In this document: in pieces, positions 36,080 through 48,869 of the stretch | How positions within the stretch are numbered: position 1 is the stretch's first letter | How the letters are laid out: every line of letters begins with the position of its first letter | Source of the DNA: Mustelus asterias | Lineage: Eukaryota | NCBI RefSeq assembly: GCF_964213995.1 | Contig: NC_135820.1 | Location: forward strand, 620,001 to 684,000 | Length of the DNA stretch: 64,000 nt | Direction of reading: 5' to 3' | Program-made: the position numbers and the translations under genes | Notes under the pieces: model-generated | Database searches by the model: none | What the model was told of the DNA's origin: nothing | What the model saw: the letters and a program-made list of their open reading frames with translations, nothing else

Positions 36080-37340
36080 GACCTGCACTGCCCTCTGGGG
36101 GAGAGAATTCCACAGACTGATGAGCCTCTGAGAGGAGAAATTCCTCCTCTTCTCCCTCTTCAGTGGGACACCCCTCATTCTGACACCAGCCTCTGAGGAG
36201 TTATCTCAGCCTCAGCATCCACTCCGTCAAAACCCCTCACAATTATGTTTCAATTTGAACACCTCTCATTCTTCTAAACTCCAGTATCGACACAAAATGT
36301 TCAAAATGTCTTCATGAGACAAACCCCTTCAACACAGGTATCAGTCTAGTGAACATTCTCTGAACCGCCTCCAATACCAGAACGTCCCTCCCTCAGCAAG
36401 GAGATGAAAACTATACACTGTACTCCAGGTGTGGCCTCACCAATGGCCTGTACAGTTGTAGCAAGACTTCCCTACTTTTACACTCTATCCTCCTTTCAAT
36501 AAAGGCCAATATTTCATTTACCTTCTTAATTCTTTGCTGTTCCAACATGGGAACATTTTTAGATTCATGTACAGGTTCCCTCTGTAGAACATAGAACATT
36601 ACAGTGCAGTACAGGCCCTTCGGCCCTCGATGTTGCACCGACCAGTAAAACCAATCTAAAGCCCCTCTAATCTACACTATTCCAATATCATCCATATGTT
36701 TATCCAATGACCATTTAAATGCCCTTAATGTTGGTGAGTCCACTACTGCTGCAGGCAGGGCATTCCACACCCTTACTACTCTCTGAGTGAAGAACCTACC
36801 TCTGACATCTGTCCTATATCTATCACCCCTCAATTTAAAGCTATGTCCCCTCGTGCTAGCTGTCACCATCCGAGGAAAAAGGCTCTCACTATCCACCCTG
36901 TCTAATCCTCTGATCATCTTGTATGCCTCTATTAAGTCACCTCTTAACCTTCTTCTCTCTAACTGCATTCTGCAGTCTCTCTACTAATATTACGCTTTTC
37001 AACATTTCCTGCCAATGTGGACAACCTTGCATTTTCCCTCTTTATATTCTATGTCACAAATAGTTTGCCCACTCACTGAAACTATTTTGATCGCTCTGCT
37101 GCCTCTTTGTATCCTCCTCACAGCTTTCTTTCCTACCTCGCTTACATCTTTCCTGCTTATCTTGATGCTCTAGTCAGAACATCTGTCTGCAGTACAATCA
37201 GATCCACCATCTGTCATTCATGAGGATTGTAAGTATTTGAGGCCACAGCACTGATCCTTGTGGCACTCCATGAGATACAGTTTGCCAACCTGAAAATAAC
37301 CCCTTTATGCTGTCTCTCTGTTTCCGTTAGTTACCCAGTC
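36080..37340 (-). mobile_element. Old CR1 with nested younger CR1 (36585-36962)
   Basis: RRRLRGDLIEAYK...FFTQRVVRVWNALP; LYRPLVRPHLEYS. Confidence 0.75.
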
Positions 37341-37342
37341 CA

Positions 37343-37980
37343 CACGGTGGCACAGTGGTTACCACTGCTGCCTCACAGCACCAGGGACCCAGGTTCGATT
37401 CCCACTTGGGTTACTGTCTGTGCCGAGTCTGCGTGTTCTCCCTGTATCTGCGTGGGTTTCCTCCGGGTGCTCCAGTTTCCTCCCACATTCTGAAAGACGT
37501 GCTGGTTAGGTGCATTGACCCAAACAGATGCCAGACTGTGGCGACTAGGGAAATTTCACGGTAACTGCATTGCAGTGTTAATGTAAGCCTTACTTGTGAC
37601 ACTAATAAATAAACTGTGACAAGTGGCGTTCTTCAGGGATCAGTGCTGGGACCTTTGCTGTTTGTAATATATATAAATGATTTGGAGGAAAATGTAACTG
37701 GTTTGATTCGTAAGTTTGCGGACGACATAAAGGTTGGTGGATTTGCGGACAGTGATGAGGACCATCAAAGGATACAGCAGGATATAGATCAGTTGGAGAC
37801 TTGGGCGGAGAGATGCAGATGGAGTTTAATCTGGACAAATGTGAGGTAATGCATTTTGGAACGTCTAATACAGATAGGAAATATACAGTAAATGGCAGAA
37901 CCCTCAAGAGTATTGATAGGCAAAGGGAACTGGGTGTATAGGTACACCACTGAAAGTGGCAATGCAGGTGGAGAAGGTAT
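37343..37980 (+). mobile_element. V-SINE-like SINE (37343-37612) followed by CR1 RT fragment
   Basis: CACGGTGGCACAGTGG...GGTTCGATTCC head; TSGVLQGSVLGP...KFADD. Confidence 0.7.
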
Positions 37981-38074
37981 CTGAGTCCTTGCATCAGGAT
38001 ATAATTCATCCCCAGTTTTATCCCTGCTTCTTTACTCAACACATTGCCTCCCTTTCACTCACTAACCGAGGTTC

Positions 38075-38290
38075 TCCTCCAGCACCTTCAACCCTCCTTA
38101 TCTCTGTAACCTCCTCCAGCACCTTCAACCCTCCCTATCTCTGTAACTTCCTCCAGCCCCTACAATCTCCCCTATTTCTGTAACCTCATCCAGCCTCCAC
38201 AGCCCTCCCTATCCCTGCAACCTCTTCCATCCCCTGCAACCCTCCCCATCACTGTAACATTCCCCAGGCTGTACAAACCTCCGAGATCTC
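38075..38290 (+). repeat. L2-derived ~37-bp tandem repeat (CTCCCTATCTCTGTAACCTCCTCCAGCCC...); larger paralog 62310-62590
   Basis: Visible tandem units in the leader-V intron of genes B and C. Confidence 0.75.
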
Positions 38291-38437
38291 TGCTCTCCTC
38301 TAACTCTGCTGTCAGACAAGGAGTCAGTGTATATTAGTGAGGATGTGGAGATGCCGGCGTTGGACTGGGGTAAACACAGTAAGAAGTTTAACAACACCAA
38401 GTTAAAGTCCAACAGGTTTATTTGGTAGCAGAAGCCA

Positions 38438-38474
38438 CACAAGCTTTCGGAGCTCTTAGCCCCTTCTTCAGGTG
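38438..38474 (-). ncRNA. Minimal hammerhead ribozyme motif in the Penelope terminal repeat
   Basis: Reverse complement of the 40189-40225 motif. Confidence 0.6.
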
Positions 38475-40188
38475 AGTGGGAATTCTGTTCACAAACAGAG
38501 CTTATAAAGACACAGACTCAATTTACATGAATAATGGTTGGAATGCGAATACTTACAACTAATCAAGTCTTTAAGAAACGAAACAATGTGAGTGGAGAGA
38601 GCATCAAGACAGGCTAAAAAGATGTGTATTGTCTCCAGACAAGACAGCCAGTGAAACTCTGCAGGTCCACGCAACTGTGGGAGTTACAAATAGTGTGACA
38701 TGAACCCAATATCCCGGTTGAGGCCGTCCTCGTGTGTGCGGAACTTGGCTATCAGTTTCTGCTTAGCGACTCTGCGCTGTCGTGTGTCGCGAAGGCCGCC
38801 TTGGAGAACGCTTACTCGAATATCAGAGGCCGAATGCCCGTGACCGCTGAAGTGCTCCCCAACAGGAAGAGAACAGTCTTGCCTGGTGATTGTCGAGCGG
38901 TGTTCATTCATCCGTTGTCGCAGCGTCTGCATAGTTTCCCCAATGTACCATGCCTCGGGACATCCTTTCTTGCAGCATATCAGGTAGACAACGTTGGCCG
39001 AATTGCAAGAGTATGTACCGTGTACCTGGTGGATGGTGTTCTCACGTGAGATGATGGCATCTGTGTCGATGATCTGGCACGTCTTGCAGAGGTTGCTGTG
39101 GCAGGGTTGTGTGGTGTCATGGTCACTGTTCTCCTGAAGGCTGGGTAGTTTGCTGCGGACAATGGTCTGTTTGAGGTTGTGCGGTTGTTTGAAGGCAAGA
39201 AGTGGGGGTGTGGGGATGGCCTTGGCGAGATGTTCGTCTTCATCAATGACATGTTGAAGGCTCCGGAGGAGATGCCGTAGCTTCTCCGCTCCGGGGAAGT
39301 ACTGGACAACGAAGGGTACTCTGTCCACTGTGTCCCGTGTTTGTCTTCTGAGGAGGTCGGTGCGGTTTTTCGCTGTGGTGCGTTGGAACTGTTGATCATG
39401 AGCCTTCAACATGTCGTTGATGAAGACGAACATCTCGCCAAGGCCATCCCCACACCCCCACTTCTTGCCTTCAAACAACCGCACAACTTCAAACAGACCA
39501 TTGTCCGCAGCAAACTACCCAGCCTTCAGGAGAACAGTGACCATGACACCACACAACCCTGCCACAGCAACCTCTGCAAGACGTGCCGGATCATCGACAC
39601 AGATGCCATCATCTCACGTGAGAACACCATCCACCAGGTACACGGTACATACTCTTGCAATTCGGCCAACGTTGTCTACCTGATACGCTGCAAGAAAGGA
39701 TGTCCCGAGGCATGGTACATTGGGGAAACTATGCAGACGCTGCAACAACGGATGAATGAACACCGCTCGACAATCACCAGGCAAGACTGTTCTCTTCCTG
39801 TTGGGGAGCACTTCAGCGGTCACGGGCATTCGGCCTCTGATATTCGAGTAAGCGTTCTCCAAGGCGGCCTTCGCGACACACGACAGCGCAGAGTCGCTGA
39901 GCAGAAACTGATAGCCAAGTTCCGCACACACGAGGACGGCCTCAACCGGGATATTGGGTTCATGTCACACTATTTGTAACTCCCACAGTTGCCTGGACCT
40001 GCAGAGTTTCACTGGCTGTCTTGTCTGGAGACAATACACATCTTTTTAGCCTGTCTTGATGCTCTCTCCACTCCCATTGTTTCGTTTCTTAAAGACTTGA
40101 TTAGTTGTAAGTATTCGCATTCCAACCATTATTCATGTAAATTGAGTCTGTGTCTTTATAAGCTCTGTTTGTGAACAGAATTCCCACT

Positions 40189-40225
40189 CACCTGAAGAAG
40201 GGGCTAAGAGCTCCGAAAGCTTGTG
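40189..40225 (+). ncRNA. Minimal hammerhead ribozyme motif in the Penelope terminal repeat
   Basis: CAC-CTGAAGA-A-GGGGC(TAAGA)GCTCC-GAAA-GCTT-GTG. Confidence 0.6.
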
Positions 40226-40439
40226 TGGCTTTTGCTACCAAATAAACCTGTTGGACTTTAACCTGGTGTTGTTAAACTTCTTACTATATTAGTGAGCACA
40301 GGGGTGATGGGTGAATGGGAATTGATCTGAGTTTGTACACTGGGTCACTGCTGAATTGGTTCCCAATGAGAGCTCAACAAGAATGATCTTTTATAAAGAC
40401 TATTAACCATAAATCTGTCCGAGCTGGCGATGATATTAC

Positions 40440-40479
40440 CTTGGAGAAGTGACAGGAGGAAGTAAGATTTCCCGATCAT
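40440..40479 (-). pseudogene. Gene B signal-peptide exon (intact itself; exon 40440-40521)
   Basis: MIGKSYFLLSLLQ, G|gtaata; downstream V exons are defective. Confidence 0.8.
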
Positions 40480-40930
40480 TGTCCACTCCCAGATATTTCA
40501 TCAGCTTCTCACTCTCAAGCTCTGAAAGAGAAAGGAGTGAATGAGACCTCAGCTCTCGTCCGGCAGCTCTCGAGAGACCAGAAACTGCTTTTAGACAATG
40601 TCTTCACAGACGAGTTGGATTCTGTGTGGGATGATAGGTGCTCTGCAGAGAGACACAAGGCTTTAAGAAAGAAAAACAATGAAGGGTCTGCATTCCTATA
40701 GCACCTTTCACCACCTCAGGACATCCCAAAGCTCATGTCTCTGCGCTTCCTTCATTCCTTGAACTAGAAAGATGTTCTGTACGACTGACTTGAGCCTCAC
40801 AGCCAGATCTCAATAATCAGCAGAAATCCTTCAAAAGTATCAATCATTGGAATCTGTCTTTATAAAGTCACAACATCAACAAAGGACAATGTTGGTTGTG
40901 GAAGCGAATTCCAATCGTTCCGTTACTTAC

Positions 40931-41070
40931 CCAGGACCTGTCTGTCTGCTCACCTGGGGAGTAACTGCTGACCCGCTCTGCTTGGGCTGAATGTCCTCTT
41001 CCTGTGCTGCTCCCTCTGTGTGTTTAATTAGAAAGGGTTGATGTGTCACTGTGAGTCAAAATGAGGAAGT
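40931..41070 (-). promoter_or_regulatory. Putative non-coding first exon and promoter of gene B
   Basis: Donor TGG|gtaagt at 40931; AP-1 TGAGTCA 41052-41058; adjacent GAGGAAGT (PU.1/ETS-like) 41063-41070. Confidence 0.55.
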
Positions 41071-41496
41071 TGGATCCAAGTGGGCAAAAAGCATGTCCCC
41101 TCGTCCTACCAGCAAACCCTCTGCCTATTTAAGAATGTAAGAACAAAACAGGAACAGGAGATGACCATTCAGCCCCTCAAGCCTTCTCCACCATTCAATA
41201 CTTGTGTCTTTAACACCACATTTTTGCCCCACCTCTTGTCCACCTCCACGCCTCAATAATTTTGATTTCCTGAAGTCTCTAATCTCAACCTTGAAAATGT
41301 TCAATGGCCCGGCCTCCACTCCACTCTGGGGGATGAATTCTGCAGACTAATGACTGTCCGAGAGAAGGAATTCCTCCTCCTCTCTGTCTGCGATGGGAGA
41401 CCACTCATTCTGAAACTATGTCCCCCCCTCATTTTAAATTTTACCATCAGTGGAAACGCCCTCTCAATTCAACCCTGTCAGGTCCCTCTTAGTATT

Positions 41497-43535
41497 TTTT
41501 GATTTGATTTATTATGATCACATGTAATGGGACATAGTGAAAAGTATTGTTTTTTGCACATTAAACAGACAAAGCATACTCTTCATAGGGAAGGAAAGGA
41601 GAGGCTACAGAATGTAGTGTTACAGTCATAGCTGGGTGTCGAGAAAGATCAACTTAATATAAGGTAGGTCCATTCAAAAGTCTGATGGCAGCAGAGAAGA
41701 AGTTGTTCTTGAGTCAGTTGGTACGTGACTTGACTTCTGTATCATTTTCCCGACGGAAGAAGGTGGAAGAGAGAATGTCCGGGGTGCGTGGGATCTTTGA
41801 TTATGCTGGCTGCTTTTCCCGAGGCAGCGGGAAGTGTAGACACAGTCAATGGATGGGAGGCTGGTTTGTGGGATGGACTGAGCTTTGTTCACAACCCGTT
41901 GTAGTTTCTTGCGGTCTTGGTCGGCGCAGGAGTTATACCAAGCTGTGAAACATCCAGAAAGAATGCTTTCTATGGTGCACCTGTAAAGATTGGTGAGAGT
42001 TGTAGTGGACATGCCAAATTTCCTTAGCCTCCTGGGAAAGTAGAGGCGTTGGTGGGCTTTCTTTACAATGGCATCAGCATGGAGGGACCAGGACAGGTTG
42101 TTGATGATTTGGACACCGAGAAACTTGAAGCCCTCGACCATTTCCACTTCATCCCCGTTGATATAGATGGGGGCATGTACTTCACTACGTTTCCTGAGGT
42201 CGATGACGACCTCCTTCATTATACTGACAGTGAGGGAAAGATTATTGGCATCACACCAGCTCACCAGATTCACCGCAAAATCCCACCCAAAGTCAATGGA
42301 CCTTCTTATTGGCTGTCCATCGCCAGCTCCGATTCCCGTGCTGGGCAGGAAGGTAAAATTCTAGCGTCTCTTTCCTGTACTCGAACTCATTATTGTTTCA
42401 GATCATCAGCAAACTTGCAAATGGAGTTGAAGAGGAATTTGGCCACACAGTCATAGTGTCTGAGAAGTACAGTAAGGGGCTGAGGACACAGCCTTGTGGA
42501 GTACCGGTGTTGAGGATGATCATGGAAGAAGTGCTGTTGCCTATTCTTACAGATTGTGGTCTGTGGGTTAGGAAGTTCAGGATCCAGCCACAGAGGGAGG
42601 ATCCGATTCCCAGGTCACAGAGTTTGGAGATGAGTTTTGTGGGAATAATGGTATTGAAGGCTGAGCTGTATTCAATAAATAGGAGTCTGACATAGGTGTC
42701 CTTGTTATCCAGGTGTTCCAGGGTTGAGTGCAGGGCCAGGGAGATGGCGTCTGCTGTGGACCTGTTGCGGCGGTAGGTGAACTGTAGTGGATCCAGGCAA
42801 TCTGGGAGACCGGAGTTGATGCGTGCCAGACTAACCTTTCAAAGCACTTCATAATGATGGATGTCAGAGCCACTGGGCGATAGACATTAAGGCACGCTGC
42901 TTGTCTTTTCCTTGGTACAGTGATGATAGTGGTCTTGTGAAGCAGATAGAAACTTCAGATCGGTGTAAGGAGAGGTTAAAGATGTCTGTGAATACCCCTG
43001 CCAGCTGGTCCATGCAGGATCTGAGTGCTCGTCTGGGTACCCCGTCCGAACCTGTCGCTTTCCATGGGTTAACTTTTAAGAAGGCTGATCTGATGTTTGC
43101 AATGGTGACCTCGGATACCGGTTCAGTTGAGGCTTCAGCGAGTCCTCGTGCTGACCTCTTGCTCAAAACAGGCATCGAATGCATTGAGCTCATTGGGGAG
43201 GGGTGCATTGGCGATTCTACACACCGTCATCTTGTACTCTGTTAGATCTTGCAGACCTTGCCTTACTCAGTGAGAGTCCGTGCGGCTAGCCTGGGACTCT
43301 TGCTTGGTCTGGTACTGTCTCTTGGCATCTTTAATGGTTCTCCATAGATCGTATCTGGATTTCTTGTGTAGGTCAGAGTCACCCAATTTGAACTCCTCAG
43401 ACTTGGACTTCAGTAAGCAGTAGATATCCCTGTTCATCCATGGTTTCCGGTTGGGAAACACATGGATTTGCTTCTTTGGCACACAGTCTTCGACACATTT
43501 GCTGATGAGGTCTGTTACTGTAGTGGCAAACTCGT
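41497..43535 (-). mobile_element. Rex1/Babar LINE (degenerate) nested in CR1 remnants (~41125-46095)
   Basis: FKFLGVQIINNLSW; [14 protein letters not shown]; FPNRKPWMN. Confidence 0.85.
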
Positions 43536-44519
43536 GCTTACATGTTTCGATATAATCGCCTTTTGTTCTTCTAAACTCCAAGGGGTAAAGGCCCAAATCT
43601 GCTCAACCGTTCCTCATCAGACAACCCCCGTCATCCCAGGAATCAGCCCAGCCCAGTGAACCTTCTCTGAAATGGACCCACTGTGAGTATATCCCTTCTT
43701 AAAGAGAGAACAATGTAAACAGTACTCCAGGTGTGGTCTCACCAAAGCCATGTACATTTATTGCAAGATTCCCTCACTCATATACCCCTTTTCAGAAAAG
43801 GAGAACACTTCCTGATTCTTTGCTATACCAGAGTGGTAATATTTTATGATTCATGTACAAGGGCACCCAGATCCCTCTGTACTGCAGCATTCTGCAGCCT
43901 CTCTGCATTTAAATAATATTCTGCTTTTCTAATCTTCCTGCTGAACTGGATTACCTCACATTGTCCCTCATAATATTCCATCAGACAAATATTTTGTCCA
44001 CTCACTGAATCTATTAATATCCCTTTGCAGCCTCTTTGTGTCCTCCTCACAACTTTCTTTCCTACCTTGCTTAAATTTTTCCCACCTACCTGATAGCACA
44101 GTCAGAAAATCTGGCTCCAGCATGGTTGGTTCCTTCATCCAAGTCATTCATGTGGATTGTAAATAGTTGAGGTCATATCACTGATCCCTCTGACACTTCC
44201 CGTGTTATGGTTTGCCAACCTGAATATGATCTATTTATCCCGAGTCTGTTTCCTGCTGGTTACCCAGTCCTACATCCATTCTAATATTTCACCCCAACAC
44301 TATCAATTTTATCTGTTACAGTAACCTTTTATATGGCACCATATTGAATGACTTTTGGAAATCCAAATAGACTACATCTACTGGTTCCCCATTATCCACC
44401 CTGCTTGTTACAACCTCATGGAACTCTAATATATTTTGCATCCTTGATATCCTTTTCACAAAACCATGTTGACTCTGCCTGATTGTATTATGATTTTCTA
44501 CATGTCCTCCTACTGCCTC

Positions 44520-45260
44520 AAAATCAAAGAACAAAGAAAATTACAGCACAGGAACAGGCCCTTCGGCCCTCCAAGCCTGCACCAACCATGCTGCCTGACT
44601 GAACTAAAACCCCCTACCCTTCCAAGGACCAGACTCCTCTATTCCCATCCTATCATGTATTTGTCAAAATTCCCCTTAAAAGTCGCTGTCATATCTGCTT
44701 CCACTACCTCCCCCAGCAGCGAGTTCCAGGCACCCACCACCCTCTGTGTAAAAAAACTTGCCTCTGTACATCTCTAAACCTTGCCCCTCACACCTTAAAC
44801 CTATGCCACCTAGTAATTGACTCTTCCACCCAGGGAAAAAGCTTTTGACTATCCATTCTGTCCATGCCCCTCATAATCTTGTAGACTTCTATTCAGGGCG
44901 CCCCTCAACCTCCATCGTTCCAGTGAGAATAAACCAAGTTTCTCCAACCTCTCCTCATAACTAATGCCCTCCATGCCAGGCAACAATCTGGTAAATCTTT
45001 TCTGTACCCTCTCCAAAACCTCCACATCCTTCTGGTAGTGCGGCGGCCAGAATTGAACACTATATTCCAAGTGCAGCCTAACTCAGGTTCTATAAAGCTA
45101 CAACATGACTTGCCAATTTTTTAACTCAATACCCCGGCTGATGCCGTATGCCTTCTTGACTACCTTCTCCACCTGCATTGCCACTTTCAGTGACCTGTGT
45201 ACCTGTACACCCAGATCCCTTTGTCTATCAATACTCTGAAGGGTTCTGCCATTTACTGTA
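44520..45260 (-). mobile_element. CR1 LINE 3' fragment
   Basis: [27 protein letters not shown]; same tail as 9056-9605. Confidence 0.8.
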
Positions 45261-46094
45261 ACAATGAATTTCAGTATTTTCCAATGACAGATGTGAGCCT
45301 AACTGAGCTGTAGTTCCCTATTTTCTGTCTCCCTCCATTCATGAATGGTGATGTTTCATTGGTGATTTTCCAATCCACTGGGACACTTCCACAATCTCGA
45401 TAATTTAGGAAGATTTTAAACAACGCATCCACCATCTCTGCAGACCCCTTGTGTCCTGGTCATCTGGTCCATGGGGCTTGTCATCATTTAGTTCCATTAG
45501 TTTTCCTGGTGCTTTTTCTTTGGTGATTGTGATTGTTTTTTGTTCCTCCCTCCTTTTGTCCCTTGATTTTCTGCTGAAATTGGGATGGTTTGAGAGATTT
45601 TCACTTTGGAGACAGATATAAAAGATATGTTCAGGGTTCAGTCATTTCTTGTTTACCGTTACTAATTCCACAGACACATCCTTTCTGTGTCCAATTTTTG
45701 CTTTCGCGACTCTCTTACTTTTAATGTGCTTTGAGAACACCTTTTTGCTTTGATATTTCTTGCTAGTTTAGTCTCATATTCTAATTTCTCCCTCTTTATT
45801 TTTTTGTCACCCATTGCTGCTTTTACGTGCAATTTGATCCCATCCTTAGCTTCTTTAGTTGACCAGAGATGATTCATCCTTCTTATGGATTGTTCCTTTC
45901 TCAATGGAATATATCTGTCCTGGGAATTATGAACTATCTCTTTAAATGTCTTCCATTGGTCAATCACTGTCTTACCTTCACCCTATTGTGTCACTCTGCT
46001 TTACTCAACTCTGTCTTCTGTAATTATCTTTAGTTAAGTTTGAGTAATTTGCTTCAGACCCAAATTTATCACCCTCAAACTAAATGTGAAATTC

Positions 46095-47460
46095 TAACAT
46101 GACGTCCGTGGTAGGGAAGTTGTTGGAGAGGATTCTTAGAGACAGGATGTATGTGCGTTTAGAACGGAACAATCTCATTAGTGACAGACAGCATGGTTTT
46201 GTAAGAGGGAGGTCGTGCCTTACAAATTTGGTGGAGTGTTTTGAGGAAGTGACAAAAACGGTTGACGAAGGAAGGGCCATGGATGTCGTCTATATGGATT
46301 TCAGTAAGGCATTTGACAAAGTCCCACATGGCAGGTTGGTTAAAAAGGTTAAGGCTCATGGGATACAAGGAGAAGTGGCTAGATGGGTGGAGAACTGACT
46401 TGGCCACAGGAGACAGAGGGTAGCGGTCGAAGGGTCTTTTTCTGGCTGGAGGTCTGTGACCAGTGGTGTTCCGCAGGGCTCTGTACTGGGACCTCTGCTA
46501 TTTGTGATATATATAAATGATTTGGAAGAAGGTGTAACTGGTGTTATCAGCAAGTTTGCGGATGACACGAAGGTGGCTGGACTTGCGGATAGCGATGAGC
46601 ATTGTCGGGCAATACAGCAGGATATAGATAGGCTGGAAAATTGGGCGGAGAGGTGGCAGATGGAATTTAATCCGGATAAATGCGAAGTGATGCATTTTGG
46701 AAGAAATAATGTAGGGAGGAGTTATACAATAAATGGCAGAGTCATCAAGAGTATAGAAACACAGAGCGACCTAGGTGTGCAAGTCCACAAATCCTTGAAA
46801 GTGGCAACACAGGTGGAGAAGGTGGTGAAGAAGGCATATGAGATGCTTGCCTTTATAGGACGGGGTATAGAGTATAAAAGCTGGAGTCTAATGATGCAGC
46901 TGTATAGAACGCTGGTTAGGCCACATTTGGAGTACTGCGTCCAGTTCTGGTCGCCGCACTACCAGAAGGACGTGGAGGCGTTAGAGAGAGTGCAGAGAAG
47001 GTTTACCAAGATGTTGCCTGATATGGAGGGTCTTAGCTATGAGGAGAGATTGGGTAAACTGGGGTTGTTCTCCCTGGAAAGATGGAGAATGAGGGGAGAT
47101 CTAACAGAGGTGTACAAGATTATGAAGGGGATAGATAGGGTGAACGGTGGGAAGCTTTTTCCCAGATCAGAAGTGATGATCATGAGGGGTCACAGGCTCA
47201 AGGTGAGAGGGGCGAAGTATAACTCAGATATTAGAGGGATGTTTTTTACACAGAGGTTGGTGGGGGCCTGGAATGCACTGCCAAGTAGGGTGGTGGAGGC
47301 AGACACCCTGACATCGTTTAAGACTTACCTGGATAGTCACATGAGCAGCCTGGGAATGGAGGGATACAAACGATTGGTCTAGTTGGACCAAGGAGCGGCG
47401 CAGGCTTGGAGGGCCGAAGGGCCTGCTTCCTGTGCTGTACTGTTTGTTCTTTGTTCTTTA
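46095..47460 (+). mobile_element. Young CR1 LINE, 5'-truncated (RT with one nonsense codon at ~46396)
   Basis: QHGFVRGRSCLTNL...DFSKAFDKVPH; TSGVPQGSVLGP...KFADDTK. Confidence 0.93.
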
Positions 47461-48449
47461 TGTTATGATCATTCTTCACTTGAGAATCCTTGGAGTCATT
47501 CAGGCGGCTGAGGGAGAATCTGAACGAAAGGAAATATGAATAGAAACAGAAAGTGCTGGAAAAACCCAGCAGGTCTGGCAACATGTGTGGAGAGAGAGAG
47601 AGACAGAGTTTACATTTTGAGTCCAATGTGACCTTGTGGCAGCATCAATGTTGTAATGTTAGAAATGTGGCAGGCAATTTGTGCACAGCAAGATCCCACA
47701 AACAGCCGTGAGACACTGGCCCAGATAGAACCACAGCATCCCTACAGGGCATTAAGAGGCCATCCGGCCCATCAATTCCGCACCGACTCACCTAAAGAGC
47801 ATCACACAAGGACTGACCCTGTGTACTCCCAGGCTCTGTCTTAAAATTATGTTTTCCTCTTGGCAAGACAGAGATGGACGGTTGGAAAACACCTTTCACC
47901 AGAATTCTGTCTGAGCAATAAGGCAAATACAGCCAATAAAACCACTCTGATTACCAACATCATAAACATGGATAAAACACGACCTTTGGTCATACCTGTG
48001 TGTTACCAATATTGTAAATAAAGGGGAAATGTCTGAGAGGCAAAATGTTGATGCTCGGACACCACCATGGCAGGAGGATGTAATTACAATGTGACATGTT
48101 TACATGGGAATTTTCCATTGCAAATGAAAACACAGGAATTTAAATAATAAAATTGGCTTGTGGCAACAGGAAATTGTGCTTTGGAGATAGGAATCATTCA
48201 CGAGAGTATGATATTTAATTTGAAAAAAATGTATGGAACCATCTGAGCATTTAAATTGCTTGTAGTAATAGATGAAAAATTATACAGAACTCAGCAGCTT
48301 CTTGCAATTTTGAAAGCATGAAAAAGTTGCAGCACTCAGAAAGCACATTCAGAACTCTTTTCAAAATTTCAACAACATTATATTTTTGTTCATTACTATT
48401 CTACCCTATTTGCTTCACACACCCCACAGCCCCTCTCCCCGCTTCACAC

Positions 48450-48624
48450 TCAGTTTCGCTGGAATCTGAGCTGTGCGTATTCCGTGACCTCGCTCCTGTG
48501 CACAGTCCCATCACCGCTGGGCAGCACCAAGAAGTTGATGTTGGCGTAGAGAAGGTTGTCGGGTCTGTTGGTGTGTCCATGGATATGTGCGTGAGAGCAG
48601 CTGCAGCAACTCTCATTCCAGGCA
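48450..48624 (-). CDS. Siglec-like gene C, terminal cytoplasmic exon with ITIM and ITSM-like motifs
   Basis: ccttctcctgtag|T GCC TGG...; phase 2: (N)AWNESCCSCSHAHIHGHTNRPDNLLYANINFLVLPSGDGTVHRSEVTEYAQLRFQRN*; this frame is not in the ORF track. Confidence 0.85.
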
Positions 48625-48869
48625 CTACAGGAGAAGGAAGGTCAAAGGGAGATAGTTAAAATGTCCAATAACGTCCACCATTTAAAATGAATTGTATCTG
48701 ACCTACTCTCTGAATTCAGAATGTTTAAACTGTACAGAGCTGTGGTTTCTTAATTCTGTTTTATCTGAACCAGAAAAGCAAACCACAAAATTAGGAATGA
48801 AAGTTTATACAGGCTGAAAACACCAGGAGCTAAAAGATCCCTAAAAGAAATGGACTACATTGTAAGACC

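Larger units (their letters stand above)
38342..40284. mobile_element. Penelope-like element (GIY-YIG endonuclease end), two 5'-truncated copies head-to-head, 12-bp TSD TATATTAGTGAG
   Basis: CKTC...NVVYLI.C..C...YIGET...RMNEH in ORFs 38684..39484(-) and 39341..39979(+); TSD at 38330-38341 and 40285-40296; empty sites at ~21950 and ~62610. Confidence 0.92.

Noticed and set aside
48401-48625. ORF-track peptide MPGMRVAAAALT...
   Set aside because: Wrong frame; the phase-2 frame matches the TM exon and gives ITIM/ITSM-like motifs
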